A stretch of 60,161 nucleotides of DNA, filler included. It is 7 parts of 7 records of this genome, joined end to end, with 100 filler letters (N's around TTAATTAATTAA, not from the genome) between each part and the next. Parts side by side here need not be neighbours in the genome. Positions count along the whole stretch, not along the records: positions 20,221 to 28,567 come from SRR31147125_31822; positions 28,668 to 36,453 come from SRR31147125_31833; 5 more parts are not named here. One strand, written 5' to 3'. How positions within the stretch are numbered: position 1 is the stretch's first letter; the number at the start of each line of letters is the position of its first letter. Below, piece by piece: positions 22,043-33,987 of this stretch. The notes beneath the pieces were generated by a model. It worked only from the letters and a program-made list of their open reading frames with translations, did not search any database and had not been told where the DNA came from. The position numbers and the translations under genes are program-made.

Positions 22043-22984
22043 TTAATATCCGCCCGTATCGTGGCCGCTGCCGGCGTCCGGGCCGCCGCCCGTTCCAGAT
22101 GCCCGGACGGGACGGTTATTCCAGTACAGGCTGTCGTCCATACCCCGTTTGAAGCTCTTGCTGGTAAGGATAAATACACCCGTCAGAACAAACAACGCCA
22201 GACTTGCCACCGTAATAACGAAGCCCCAGTTTTCCATCTGGCCGGCTGAAAAGAACTCATCAATGATCACCGACAGCGAGTTGATGGACACATGGATGAT
22301 GATCGGCGCGATTATAGAGCTGCTTCGATAATACACAAAGCCAATGATCAGCCCCAAAACAAACGCATATATCCCCTGTACGACATTGAGGTGATAGATG
22401 CCGAATAAAAGCGCCTGGAGGACGAGTGCGACCTTCACCTTGGTGATCTTGCGCAGCTCGCCAAATACAAGGCCCCGAAATAATATCTCCTCAAAAACCG
22501 GACCGATGATGCCTACAGAGAGAAGTGACAGGACGAAGCTGCCACCGAAGATCATCTCCGATACCTGCTCGTAATTATTGAATACCTTAGAGAAAATATC
22601 AAACTGGCTTAAAAGCGTTAAAATGATTGCGAGCATGTAGCTGAGCGAGCAGCCGAACAAAACAAGGATTGGGATGCTCAGCGGCCGGATGCTCCGGACG
22701 CTCACAAAGGTCAAAAGCTCCTGCTTGCGCTCTCGGTAAAACAGATAGTAGGTCGGCACGGTGATCGCAACGGCCAGCAGTAAAACCCACGGGGTCTGCG
22801 CTGCGAGATAGCTTGTAATCTCCAGGATTACTTCATCGAGATCGGGCTGCGCGCCGGAGGCGGCCAACACCATAAACTGCCCGATCATATGGACCACACC
22901 CACCACCAGCATAATAAACAGCTGCGCGATCTGATAAATGGCCAAAAGCAGCACGATGATACCGATGGCCTTAAGGATCTTCAT
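22043..22984 (-). CDS. CPBP (CAAX/Abi) intramembrane metalloprotease
   Basis: EEILFRG, FGIYH and H...N motifs; likely start MKILK at 22984 after a GGAG RBS. Confidence 0.88.
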   Translation of the reverse strand: MKILKAIGIIVLLLAIYQIAQLFIMLVVGVVHMIGQFMVLAASGAQPDLDEVILEITSYLAAQTPWVLLLAVAITVPTYYLFYRERKQELLTFVSVRSIRPLSIPILVLFGCSLSYMLAIILTLLSQFDIFSKVFNNYEQVSEMIFGGSFVLSLLSVGIIGPVFEEILFRGLVFGELRKITKVKVALVLQALLFGIYHLNVVQGIYAFVLGLIIGFVYYRSSSIIAPIIIHVSINSLSVIIDEFFSAGQMENWGFVITVASLALFVLTGVFILTSKSFKRGMDDSLYWNNRPVRASGTGGGPDAGSGHDTGGY

Positions 22985-23157
22985 TAAACCAACTCCACTG
23001 TGATTTTGTGCATCAGGCGGCCGTCCCGCCGCTTGGAAGCATATGGTCATTATACCTTACGTCGCCGTCGTTGTCGAGTTTAAGGTGTCGGACGCGTAGA
23101 ACGTCCGGGCTGTATCCCTGCCGGCGGCGCGCTTTAGCGCCCTACACCTCCGAAATA

Positions 23158-23213
23158 TTCTTAATTCTTCTTAATTTTATCTTCACCTTCGCCTAATATT
23201 CCTTTTCTATAAT
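23158..23213 (+). promoter_or_regulatory. Tandem direct repeat (putative OmpR-family site) and -10 box of the MMPL operon
   Basis: TTCTTAATT at 23158 and 23168 (10-bp period); TATAAT at 23208-23213; no canonical -35. Confidence 0.55.
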
Positions 23214-23255
23214 GATTTACAAGGCGCTTTATCAGACCGGTATATAAGAAAGGAA

Positions 23256-25337
23256 ATGCTTTTACATATGATCGAAGGCATATTCAGGCACAAGAAAATT
23301 ATCCTCGCCGCTTTCGCGCTCATGACTGTTATCAGCCTCGTACTGGCCCCACACGTCCGTGTTAATTACAATTTGCTCGATTACCTGCCGGCGGACAGTC
23401 CGTCCACCGTCGCCGTTAACAAGATGAGCGAGGTGTACGGCGAGACAGACGAGAACGGCCTGCGCGTCATGGCCGCGGCAGATGACCTTCCGGAAGCCGC
23501 CCGGCTGATGGAAACACTGGCGGCGCTTGATGGTGTTGAAAGCATCCGATGGCTCAACGACGCCGTCGACATCACGCAACCCATATCGTTTATTGATGAC
23601 ACAACCCTCGAACAGTGGTATCGGGATGGCTATGCTTTATATAAAGTACAGCTTAAAAATGACGAAACGGGTAAGGATACCGCCGCCACGCTCGACAGAA
23701 TCCGCGCGGTTATCGGATCGGAGGGCGCGATGGCAGGCGGCGCCGTCAACAGCGTTGCCGCCAAGCAGAACACCGGTGACGAGCTTGAAACAATGATGCT
23801 GCTGCTTATTCCGTTTTTACTGGTGATCATGCTGCTGTCCACGACATCCTGGTTTGAGCCGGTGCTGTTTTTGATTGTCATCGGCGCAGCACTCTTGTTC
23901 AACTCGGCGACCAATGTGTTTCTCGGGCAGATATCCTTTGTCACACAGACGGCGGCAGCGGTTTTGCAGCTGGCCGTATCGATGGATTATTCGATCTTCC
24001 TGCTGCACCGCTTCCGTGATTTCAGACAGGATGGACTCGAGCCGCTCCCCGCCATAAAATCGGCGATGAAAAGCGCGTATCCCACCATCATCGCCAGCGG
24101 CCTGACTACAGTCTTCGGCTTTGCCGCGCTCGTACTAATGCGCTTTCTCATCGGCGCGGATATGGGCCTTGTATTGGCCAAGGGCGTTATTCTCAGCCTA
24201 TTAAGCGTTATTTTCCTGCTTCCGATCCTGACGATGCTCTCCTATAAGCTGATCGACAAAACGACTCACCGGAACCTGATTCCGTCTTTCAAAAAAACAG
24301 GCCGTCTCGTGACGCGCATCGGCGTCCCACTGATTATTCTCATGCTGGCTGTCGTCGTCCCCTCATACTTGGCCCAGCAAAGCAACACATTTATATACGG
24401 CGAATCAACCATCACAGGCGATGCAGATTCACAGGCTGGACATGACGACCAGGCTATCCGCGAGCTGTTCGGCTCATCGAATCAGCTGGTTCTGATAATT
24501 CCCGACACATCGCTGCTGACGGAAAAGGAGCTGGCGGACGAGCTGGTCAGTTTGCCATATGTCACGGACGTTTCGTCATTCGCCGTCGACATCGGCACAC
24601 GCGTGCCGCCTGAGAGTGTCCCGCCCGATGTGCTGTCACAGCTGATCCAGGGTGGCTATAGCCGTATGGTACTCAGCCTTGACGCCCCGTCGGAAAGCGC
24701 CGAGGCGCTGTCAACCGTCGAGGATATCCGGGAGATGGCGGGGCAATATTACGGCGAATACTATCTGACCGGCTCGAGCGCCAATGTGTATGACATGAAG
24801 GAGGTCACCACCGCCGACAACCGCGTTGTGAACTTGGCAGCCATTGCAGCTATCTCAATCGTCATCGCGTTGACTTTCAAGTCCGTTTCGCTGCCCATTA
24901 TACTGGTGGCCTGTATCGAAACGTCTATCTGGCTGAACCTGTCAGTCCCCTACTTCACAGGTGAACCAATTGTTTATATCGGCTATATCATCATCAGCTC
25001 AATCCAACTGGGCGCGACGGTGGACTACGCCATATTACTCTCAGGCCGTTATATGGAAAGGCGGCGGAGCCTCCCGCCGGGAAAGGCTGCCGCGCAGGCT
25101 GTTTCAGAAACGCTTGGCTCGATTTTAACGTCGGCCTCCATTCTATTCGGTGCGGGACTTATCATCAGCTCCATCTCTACGAGCGCTGTCATTTCCCAAC
25201 TGGGCAGCCTGATCGGCCGCGGCGCGGCGCTGTCCTGTCTTATCGTCGTGCTTGTGCTGCCAAACATACTCAGGCTGCTGGACAGGCTTATCGTCAAAAC
25301 AACTCTGAATACCGGATTTACGGAGGTAATAAAATGA
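23256..25337 (+). CDS. MMPL/RND-family transporter
   Basis: Two TM repeats with LQLAVSMDYSIFL and IQLGATVDYAILL; NYNLLDYLPADSPS. Confidence 0.9.
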   Translation: MLLHMIEGIFRHKKIILAAFALMTVISLVLAPHVRVNYNLLDYLPADSPSTVAVNKMSEVYGETDENGLRVMAAADDLPEAARLMETLAALDGVESIRWLNDAVDITQPISFIDDTTLEQWYRDGYALYKVQLKNDETGKDTAATLDRIRAVIGSEGAMAGGAVNSVAAKQNTGDELETMMLLLIPFLLVIMLLSTTSWFEPVLFLIVIGAALLFNSATNVFLGQISFVTQTAAAVLQLAVSMDYSIFLLHRFRDFRQDGLEPLPAIKSAMKSAYPTIIASGLTTVFGFAALVLMRFLIGADMGLVLAKGVILSLLSVIFLLPILTMLSYKLIDKTTHRNLIPSFKKTGRLVTRIGVPLIILMLAVVVPSYLAQQSNTFIYGESTITGDADSQAGHDDQAIRELFGSSNQLVLIIPDTSLLTEKELADELVSLPYVTDVSSFAVDIGTRVPPESVPPDVLSQLIQGGYSRMVLSLDAPSESAEALSTVEDIREMAGQYYGEYYLTGSSANVYDMKEVTTADNRVVNLAAIAAISIVIALTFKSVSLPIILVACIETSIWLNLSVPYFTGEPIVYIGYIIISSIQLGATVDYAILLSGRYMERRRSLPPGKAAAQAVSETLGSILTSASILFGAGLIISSISTSAVISQLGSLIGRGAALSCLIVVLVLPNILRLLDRLIVKTTLNTGFTEVIK

Positions 25338-26764
25338 AGAAAATTCTAAGGTGCTGCTTATTTGTTTTGCTGTCGTTCGCCTTTGCCGCCGCCGTTTTGC
25401 CGGCTTCTGCCGCAGCATCACCGGGTATGCCGAAAAGAGAAACGGTCTATGTCAATCTCGCCCCCGACGGAAACACTTCAGGCGTATATGTGGTCAGCAC
25501 GTTCGACATGGCCCAGGCCGGCGCCGTCACCGATTACGGAAGCTTTTCCGAGGTTAAAAACATGACCGGAACCGAGCCTCTCACATACGGCGACGGCGTA
25601 CTGACAGCCAATGTAGATGCCGGTCTTTTTGCCTATGAGGGAAAGATGAGTGATACGTCTTTGCCGTGGCGTTTTGACATTGACTACAAACTGAACGGTG
25701 TGCCTGTTAAGGCCTCAGAGCTGGCAGGAGCCAACGGCAGTCTGGAGCTGCGCATCGGGGTTGACGCCGGAGACGCGCGCTACCAAAACTTCTACAACAG
25801 CCACGCGCTGCAGATATCCTATACGCTTGATCCGGAAAAATGCTCAAACATTACCGGTGAAACGGCCAATATCGTAACAGCCGGCAACAGCGTAGCCGTT
25901 TCCTACACGATCCTGCCGGGCGCAGAACCATCTGTCTATACCCTGACAACTGACGTCCGTGATTTTGAAATGAGCGCGATACAAATTCGGGCGGTGCGTT
26001 CACAGTCCGTAAGCCTCGATACGGACGATTTCATGGGACAGCTCGACGACGCGCAGGACGATTTTCAGGCGCTGGCGGACGCGGCGGTTACGCTGGCCGA
26101 TGGCGGCGAACAGCTGGCAGCCGGCACAGCAGATTTTACGCAGGGTATTGACAAGCTGTACGGCAGCGCCGTCCAGCTTGCCTCGGCATCGGCCGGCATC
26201 AGCTCCGGCCTCGGTGAATTAAGCGGCGGCGCGGCCGCCGCCGTATCCCAAACAGCCGACGCCGCGGCGCTGGCCCAAGCTTTCGCCGTCAGCGAAGACC
26301 CGCAGGTACAGGGGCTGGCACAGGCATTTCTGGCTCAGACGGCAGCGTTAGAGTCTCTGTCTGAAGGACTCGGCGCGTTAAACGCGCAATATGCGACATT
26401 TGACGCCGGCCTTCAATCCCTACCCGCCGGCATTGAACGGCTGGAGAACGCCGGCACTTCGCTGAGCGGCAACACAGCCGAATATGCCGGCGGCGTACGG
26501 AAGCTGAGCGACAGCCTTGGCGAAATCCCCGGCCAGCTTGATGACATGCGTGCCCAGCTTCAGCAGACGCTTGACAAATATGCCGGCGGCGAGGACGCTC
26601 CCGTCTCCTTTGCAGGCTCAAACGGCACTGCGGACAGCGTTATTTTCATCATGAAAACGGAAAAAATTATGATGCCTGATGAAACGCCCGTCATTGAGCA
26701 GCCAATCGAGCCCGTAACAATCTGGGAGAAACTACTTGATTTGTTCGGATTATTTGATGCATAA
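25334..26764 (+). CDS. Exported MMPL partner protein (YhgE/Pip-like coiled-coil repeats)
   Basis: Signal peptide, KRETVYVNL, ELAGANG, L..G...L..G heptads; ATGA overlap with the MMPL gene. Confidence 0.72.
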   Translation: MKKILRCCLFVLLSFAFAAAVLPASAAASPGMPKRETVYVNLAPDGNTSGVYVVSTFDMAQAGAVTDYGSFSEVKNMTGTEPLTYGDGVLTANVDAGLFAYEGKMSDTSLPWRFDIDYKLNGVPVKASELAGANGSLELRIGVDAGDARYQNFYNSHALQISYTLDPEKCSNITGETANIVTAGNSVAVSYTILPGAEPSVYTLTTDVRDFEMSAIQIRAVRSQSVSLDTDDFMGQLDDAQDDFQALADAAVTLADGGEQLAAGTADFTQGIDKLYGSAVQLASASAGISSGLGELSGGAAAAVSQTADAAALAQAFAVSEDPQVQGLAQAFLAQTAALESLSEGLGALNAQYATFDAGLQSLPAGIERLENAGTSLSGNTAEYAGGVRKLSDSLGEIPGQLDDMRAQLQQTLDKYAGGEDAPVSFAGSNGTADSVIFIMKTEKIMMPDETPVIEQPIEPVTIWEKLLDLFGLFDA

Positions 26765-26790
26765 TCAGGTTAACCGAAGGGAGGCCGTCA

Positions 26791-27459
26791 ATGGACAGAA
26801 TACTGATAGCCGACGACGACCAAAATATCGCCGGCCTGCTGTCGGACACGCTCCGGGACGAGGGATTTGACACGCTCGTTGCAGACGATGGCGAAGAGGT
26901 GCTTTCCGCCGTCCGCCTGTCCGGACCATTTGACCTTATTTTGCTGGACATTATGATGCCGAATATGGACGGCTTAGAGGCGCTGCGAAAAATACGAGAC
27001 ATAACAGCCTGCCCCATCATTCTCGTCACAGCGAAAAGCCGAACGCTTGACAAGCTCGTGGGGCTGGAGCTCGGTGCGGACGATTATGTGACAAAACCCT
27101 TTGTCGTCGAGGAGCTGGCAGCCAAGGTAAAAGCGCATATACGGCGCGACAGGCGCAGCGCGCCGTCCGATGAGGCGCTGCGCCTGGGCGATCTGCTGCT
27201 TTATCGTACGCGTTACGAGGTTTATCAAAACGGCGAATCCATCGAACTGACGTCGCGGGAATTCCAGCTGCTGATGTATTTATATGACCACCTGGGCCAG
27301 GTACTCACGCGCGAGCAAATATTCGACGACGTGTGGGGTATGGATTATCTTGACCCCGGCAGCGTCACAGTCACGATCAAGAACCTGCGCGACAAGCTCG
27401 ACCGCGACAACCGGCACATAAAAACCATATGGGGGGTTGGCTATAAGCTTGTTACGTAA
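26791..27459 (+). CDS. OmpR-family response regulator
   Basis: Receiver (LDIMMP, GADDYVTKPF) plus winged helix (LTSREFQLL, IKTIWGVGY). Confidence 0.95.
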   Translation: MDRILIADDDQNIAGLLSDTLRDEGFDTLVADDGEEVLSAVRLSGPFDLILLDIMMPNMDGLEALRKIRDITACPIILVTAKSRTLDKLVGLELGADDYVTKPFVVEELAAKVKAHIRRDRRSAPSDEALRLGDLLLYRTRYEVYQNGESIELTSREFQLLMYLYDHLGQVLTREQIFDDVWGMDYLDPGSVTVTIKNLRDKLDRDNRHIKTIWGVGYKLVT

Positions 27460-28549
27460 ATTGAAAACCGTCTTCAGGCACGGCCGAAGCCTGCGATTTC
27501 GCATTCCTGTTTTGATCTCAGCGATGCTTTTGGTTAATCTGGGGGTTCTGCTCGCTTCGTTTCGCCTGTATTTCGTCCAGGAGATCGTCCATCAGCTTGA
27601 ACTGTACACGGGTAAACATTTAAACTATCACCTTCTGCGCAGCAGCCGGATCATATCCTCTGTTATGAATTTTGAAATTCTTCTCATTATTATCATCGTT
27701 GTGATCATTGGCGTCATCATCCATTTCAGCTACGCGCAGCCGCTCACGACTCTTTGCGCGAGCGTTAAGGACTATAAGAAAAAACCCGTCCCCGTAACGA
27801 AGCGCCGTGACGAGATCGGGCTGTTGCAAAACACTTTTGCCGAGGTTACGGCCCGGCTGGATGAGGAAAAGCAGATCCAAACGCGCATGATTGCCAGCAT
27901 ATCCCACGACATCAAAACACCCCTAACCTCTATTTTGGGCTACAGCGAGCGTCTTCTAAGCAAGGATGTGACGCCGGAGCGCACGGCGCAGTATCTGGCG
28001 ATCATCCACGCCGGTGCGTCGCGCATCCGAGAAACCGTTGAGGAATTTGACACTTATATTGAAGGTAAGGTCATCAGCGAAACAAATAAACGCACCTTCA
28101 GCCTCCAGTTTATTGAACAGATGCTTTTAGAGGAATACGCCGGCGAGCTTTTCCGTAGCGGCACTCAGTTCACGGTTGATAACTGTTGTGACGCAAATTC
28201 ATCGGTACGTGTCGATTTATCGAGGCTGCGGCGCGTATTCGCCAATCTTATCGGCAACGCCGTCCGCCATAACGCGTCCGTATCATCGCTGGAGATACGC
28301 GTGACAATGGCGCGGACAAAAAATGACATCTCGTTTTCGGTCGCCAACAACGGCGCTGCTATCCCCGAGGCTGATATCAGCCACATTTTTGAGCCGTTTT
28401 ATACAACGGAAAAAACACGAACCGTCTCCGGCCTCGGTCTGTCAATCTGCCATGATATCATTGAGGCTCACGGCGGTGAAATCACGGCCGTTAATCTCCC
28501 GGGCGGCGGCTGCGCTTTTACGTTTACACTCAAAGCCGCGCCGGTTTAA
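27437..28549 (+). CDS. HAMP-domain sensor histidine kinase
   Basis: Two TM helices, DEIGLL HAMP, SISHDIKTPL H-box, NLIGNA, GLGLSIC. Confidence 0.93.
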   Translation: MAISLLRKLKTVFRHGRSLRFRIPVLISAMLLVNLGVLLASFRLYFVQEIVHQLELYTGKHLNYHLLRSSRIISSVMNFEILLIIIIVVIIGVIIHFSYAQPLTTLCASVKDYKKKPVPVTKRRDEIGLLQNTFAEVTARLDEEKQIQTRMIASISHDIKTPLTSILGYSERLLSKDVTPERTAQYLAIIHAGASRIRETVEEFDTYIEGKVISETNKRTFSLQFIEQMLLEEYAGELFRSGTQFTVDNCCDANSSVRVDLSRLRRVFANLIGNAVRHNASVSSLEIRVTMARTKNDISFSVANNGAAIPEADISHIFEPFYTTEKTRTVSGLGLSICHDIIEAHGGEITAVNLPGGGCAFTFTLKAAPV

Positions 28550-28567
28550 CCGCCAGCCATCCATAAA

Positions 28568-28667
28568 NNNNNNNNNNNNNNNNNNNNNNNNNNNNNNNNN
28601 NNNNNNNNNNNTTAATTAATTAANNNNNNNNNNNNNNNNNNNNNNNNNNNNNNNNNNNNNNNNNNNN
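28568..28667. other. Artificial contig spacer
   Basis: N44-TTAATTAATTAA-N44. Confidence 0.98.
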
Positions 28668-29676
28668 CGGAATAAACTCTTAGGTATACTAATCTACCAA
28701 CATAAGGATCGGTAGCAATTTTAAATGCTAATGCAGAAAGTGGTTCATCTGCGGAAGGCTCTCTTGAAGCTTCTTCGTCCGTTTTTGTATCAATACCATT
28801 AACAGCTCCAACATCTAATGGAGATGGTAGTAATGCACAAACAGCATCAAGTAATCTTTGAACCCCTTTATTTTTGAATGCAGAACCGCAAAATACAGGA
28901 ACGATTTTCATCTCTGTAACAGCCTTGCGGGTTGCTGCCATAAATTCTTCTACAGTAATTGAATCTCTATCATCGAAGAATCTTTCAAGCAAATCATCGT
29001 CTTGTTCACAAACAGCTTCAATAAGTTTTTCTCTCCACTCTTCTGTTTGTTCTACTAGATCTTCCGGTACGTCTTCTAATGTATAGTTGGTGCCCATTTG
29101 TTCATCATCATGCCAAACAACAGCTTTACGATGAATAAGGTCTATTACTCCTTTAAAATTTTCTTCTGAACCTATTGGGATTTGTAATGGGATAGGTGTT
29201 GCTCCAAGTTTTTCTTCAATCTCGTTAACAACACTAAAATAATCAGCACCCGTTCTATCCATTTTATTAATGAATGCGATACGTGGTACTTTATACTTGT
29301 CGGCTTGGCGCCATACAGTTTCTGACTGAGGTTCAACACCACCAACTGCGCAGAATACAGCAATTGCACCATCAAGCACCCTTAATGAACGTTCGACTTC
29401 AACAGTGAAGTCAACGTGACCGGGGGTGTCGATAATGTTTACTTTGAATTCTTCGTCGTTGTATTTCCAAAAGGTAGTAGTTGCTGCCGAGGTAATAGTT
29501 ATACCTCTCTCCTGCTCCTGCACCATCCAATCCATTGTAGCTCCACCATCATGAACTTCCCCAATTTTATGGGTTAGCCCTGTGTAGAACAGGATTCTCT
29601 CCGTCGTTGTCGTTTTTCCGGCGTCAATATGCGCCATTATACCAATATTCCTGGTATTCTTTAAATCGGTTTTCAT
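28668..29676 (-). CDS. fusA: Elongation factor G, N-terminal part
   Basis: [23 protein letters not shown]; follows rpsL-rpsG. Confidence 0.98.
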
Positions 29677-29737
29677 CTTTATTTTATACTAATTATCAGC
29701 TAGCAACTATATGTAAAAAACCAAAAAAAAATATTTT

Positions 29738-30214
29738 CTAGAACCTAAAATGAGCGAAAGCTTTATTCGCTTCTGCCATTCTATGTGTATCTTCTTTTTT
29801 CTTGAATGCCCCTCCTTCTTCGTTATATGCAGCAATAATTTCGGCAGCAAGCCTGTCGCTCATTCCTTTTCCTGCTCGCTTACGAGCAAAAAGAATTAAG
29901 TTTTTCATGCTAACAGTAACTTTTCTGTCAGGACGGATTTCCATTGGAACCTGAAAAGTAGCACCTCCAACTCTCCTACTTTTTACTTCTACTTGAGGAG
30001 TAACATTTTCTAATGCTTTTTTCCATATATCGAGGGGCCCTTCCTCGTTTTCTTTCATCTTTTTACCAACTATATCAAGCGCATCATAAAAAATCTTGTA
30101 TGAAGTAGATTTTTTACCATCAAGCATCATATTGTTCACAAATTGTGTTACCAATAAATCGTTAAATTTTGGATCTGGTAACTTAATACGCTTCTTTGGC
30201 TTAGACTTTCTCAT
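29738..30214 (-). CDS. rpsG: 30S ribosomal protein S7
   Basis: [33 protein letters not shown]. Confidence 0.99.
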   Translation of the reverse strand: MRKSKPKKRIKLPDPKFNDLLVTQFVNNMMLDGKKSTSYKIFYDALDIVGKKMKENEEGPLDIWKKALENVTPQVEVKSRRVGGATFQVPMEIRPDRKVTVSMKNLILFARKRAGKGMSDRLAAEIIAAYNEEGGAFKKKEDTHRMAEANKAFAHFRF

Positions 30215-30229
30215 CTTCTTTTACTATTC

Positions 30230-30604
30230 TTATTTTTTAGGACGTTTCGCCCCGTATTTTGATCTTCTTTGCGTTCTTCCTTCAACACCAGCGGTATCAA
30301 GAGCACCTCTAATTAAGTGATACCTAACTCCAGGTAAATCTTTAACCCTACCTCCACGAATCAATACGATGGAGTGTTCCTGCAAATTATGTCCTTCTCC
30401 AGGAATATAAGCATTCACTTCTTTCTGGTTCGTTAACCTTACCCTTGCAACTTTTCTCATTGCAGAATTAGGTTTCTTTGGCGTTGTAGTATAAACCCTT
30501 ACACATACTCCCCTTCTTTGTGGGCAAGAATCTAATGCAGGTGCTTTACTCTTTTCAACCTGTTTAACTCTTCCTTTTCTTACAAGTTGTGATATTGTTG
30601 GCAT
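30230..30604 (-). CDS. rpsL: 30S ribosomal protein S12
   Basis: [34 protein letters not shown]. Confidence 0.99.
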   Translation of the reverse strand: MPTISQLVRKGRVKQVEKSKAPALDSCPQRRGVCVRVYTTTPKKPNSAMRKVARVRLTNQKEVNAYIPGEGHNLQEHSIVLIRGGRVKDLPGVRYHLIRGALDTAGVEGRTQRRSKYGAKRPKK

Positions 30605-30639
30605 ACAATTATATTATATCTCATTTCAAAATCGGTTCG

Positions 30640-30647
30640 CAAAGGTA
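30640..30647 (-). promoter_or_regulatory. Bacteroidota -7 element of the str operon
   Basis: Reverse strand TACCTTTG 36 nt upstream of the rpsL ATG. Confidence 0.6.
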
Positions 30648-30934
30648 GAGGTTTTTCTTAAAAATCCAACAAGTTTTTACTTTTAATTCAGAAATTTTCA
30701 ATATTTATTTATTAAATTGTATAACCCCCTACTAAAACATCTTCGCAAACGACTGGTTTACTGAGTGTTTTACCACAAAATCAAAAACACAATTAAGTTA
30801 AGTATTGATAAAAATCATATTGCAAAACATTCTTCGAATAGAATAAATATGCTCAACCATTTTTCCAACCAATATAAACCGTCAAAAAAAAACACGAACT
30901 TACTAATCTGCTGAAAATAAAATATCCTATTTTC

Positions 30935-30942
30935 TATCTTTG
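30935..30942 (+). promoter_or_regulatory. Bacteroidota -7 element for the sensor kinase
   Basis: TATCTTTG just upstream of the kinase ORF. Confidence 0.5.
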
Positions 30943-30949
30943 CGCATTT

Positions 30950-32969
30950 TTGAAAAATAATAATATACGAGCTCTAAAAATGCAAATCTTGTCATTACTT
31001 CTGAATTCATTCATTATTTATAAAAAATATGCTTTCTTATTTACTTTGACATTAATTTTAAACACGCTCCCTCTTTTATTGCCCTCTGGATATTCAATAA
31101 ATCAGGAATATATAGAAAAACACGATACCATTGTGCTTCTCGAAATGGCAGATACAGCCATTGAAAACAATGATTCTATAAACATATCGCGAGCCTACTA
31201 TAAACTGGGAAAATGGTTCGACCAACATCAAAAACGCGACCGAGCCTACTTTTATCTAAATAATTCTTTAGAGATACTCACCAATCTTAAAAATGGGCGA
31301 GGGATGGGCATCAATGCCAATTATATCGCATCGATGCTAAGCGAGGAAGGCAAATATCAAGAAGCCATGGAGATGTATAAAAAATGCATCCATATTTTTA
31401 AAGAGCATGGAGGCGAAGATCTTATCCCAGGTGCAATAGTAAACATTGCCGATGAATTTTTAAAAATGGGAGTTAACGATTCTGCCCTGTTTTATTCGCT
31501 GATGGCTTTAGAAATGCGACTAGCATCAAAAGATTCGAACCAATTGGCATATTATTATTGGCAACTAAGCAACACTTACGAAAAAGTAGGAGACACTGTA
31601 CGCTGGGAAAACAACTTGCTAAAAGCTTACTCCTTAGTAGGTATCCCAAAATGTGTGCGTGCCGATGCCCTTTACAATATATATGCAGAACTTGGCAGCT
31701 TGGCTTATAGCAGAAAAAAATACAACCATGCTCTTGCTTATTACGATACACTTTATAACCTAGGTGTTGAAAACGGAAACCAACTAACGATTACAAACGC
31801 ATTGAGCGATAAAGCTGATGTTTACAATAAGCAAGGAAAACACGATAAGGCATTGAAACTGCTTCTTGAAATCTGCAATTACGAGTCGTACCAGCTCCTT
31901 TCGAAAAAATTGTGACAAATAACGACATTGCTGCTTTGTACATCGAAACAGGAAAGCCACATAAAGCAATTAAATATTTAAACATTAACCATATCAACGA
32001 AACAGATGCCTTCCCCCGGATAAGATTGGAAACATATTTTTAAGCTACACTGCTTATAAAAATACCGGGAAACACAATGAAGCTCTTTATTGGCACGAAC
32101 GTTACACAGCCCTAAAGGATACTTTGAAGGACGAGAAGAAACAACAGGTATTCGACGAACTCACCGTGCAATACGAGACTGAAAAAAAAGAACAACTAAT
32201 AAAGCTGCTATCTGCCGAGAACGAAATCAAGAATCAACGTATTAAGATTGGGATAATTTTAATTGGACTGATGCTTATGGCCACCATAATGGTGATTTAC
32301 GTACAAAGAATCAATAAAAAACAAGCAGAATTTGAACACGATAAATTAAAACAACAACTATTATTAAGCCAAATGAACCCACATTTTATTTTTAATGCAT
32401 TGGCCAGTATCCAAAGTTACATGTATAAAAACGATGCAAAAAAAGCAGCTACTTTTATGGGCAATTTCGCGGCACTTTCACGTTCAATTCTTAACAATTC
32501 GTCTGCCGAGAAAATTTCCCTCTCTGAAGAGATAGAAACCCTCAGGAACTTTATTGAGCTTGAAAATATGCGCATGTCCCCAAAATTCGACTATCAAATA
32601 TTATTCCCTGAAGAAATAGACGCCGAGTTTATACAAATTCCGCCAATGTTGCTACAGCCCTTTGTTGAGAATGCCATTAAACATGGATTAAAAAACTGTT
32701 CCAACCCCGGAAAACTCACAATCAGGTTTACCGAACTCAACAACTTAATAAGCGCAGAAATAACGGACAATGGAATTGGGATTGACCATACTTTATTAAA
32801 TAAAAACAAGAACCATCAATCGAAAGCAACCGAAATCTTTAAACAACGCATGAAAATATTGCAAAAAAAATACAGGAACATCCCTACTCCAACATTCAAC
32901 GGTTTAAAAAATACAAACACAAATGAAACGGGTACCCGGGTTTCCATTTTCATCCCTATTATAGGGTAA
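30950..32969 (+). CDS. TPR-containing LytS-type histidine kinase, split by two apparent frameshifts (~31870-31912 and 32037-32041)
   Basis: TPRs in 30950..31915; bridging frame PAPFEKIVTNNDIAALY...ETYF, then LSYTAYK...YWHERY into 32124..32969 with SQMNPHFIFNAL, QPFVENAIKHG and DNGIG. Confidence 0.85.
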
Positions 32970-33034
32970 TTCCTCAATAATAATTTGGTGTTGCAGCAAG
33001 GCTTGCTATTTTCGGGTTTTTATTCAAAAAAGGT

Positions 33035-33780
33035 ATGATAAAAGCTGTAATCATAGATGATGAGAAGGAACTACGCGACATAAACAAAATGCTTATAACC
33101 GATAATTTCCCTCAGATTGAAATTAGCGGTGAAGCAGACTCAGTTGAATCGGGCATTAAATTAATAAAAGAATCGCAGCCTGACATTGTGCTTCTTGATA
33201 TTGAAATAAATGGAGGGACAGGTTTCAATATCCTGCAAAAAATAAAACCGTATGATTTCAAACTGGTTTTTATTACGGCCTTCAATCATTTTGCCATAAA
33301 AGCTTTTAAATTTAGCGCAATCGATTACATTCTAAAACCTGTTAACGAATACGAATTTATTAATGCCATTGAAAATGCACTGGAACAGTTAAACGCTGGC
33401 GAATTGGAAAAACAGGTCTCCAATTTTTTTGATCACTACGAAAAAAGACCCAGTCGAAAAAAATTGTGCTCCGCACACTCGAAGCCATTCATATTGTTGA
33501 TATGTATGAAATTATTTATTGCAAAAGCGATAATTCTTATACTACATTTTATCTAACAGACAAGAGCAAGGTGATTGTTTCGAAAGCCCTTAAAGAATAC
33601 TCCGAGTTATTGGAGGAATTCAATTTTATAAAACCCCATCAATCTTATCTAACAAACCTCAACCACATAAAAAAAGTGGACAAAGCAGATGGCGGCTTTA
33701 TCATCCTGAGTAATGGCACAGAGATACCCGTATCCACAAGGCGAAAGCAAATGCTTATGAAGGCTCTTGAAAGACTGTAA
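33035..33780 (+). CDS. LytTR-family response regulator (apparent frameshift at A run 33441-33446)
   Basis: Receiver in 33035..33556 and LytTR domain (IYCKSDNSYT, FIKPHQSY, IPVSTR) in 33466..33780; one extra A joins them as YEKKTQSKKIVLRT. Confidence 0.9.
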
Positions 33781-33987
33781 ACTACCTCCAGTCATGCGAA
33801 TCTCTATTAATCCGGCACAGATTCACAACATATCCCCACGCTTTCAAATCTCCTTAACACTACACAGGTATATCAATTAGATTTGCTGCCGTAATCAATT
33901 TTGTTTCAGTTATGGCATTGGAACTTGTGGAAAACAACATGCCCCAACGAAACACAAAGTTGAAGGAAGATTAACAATTAAGTTATT

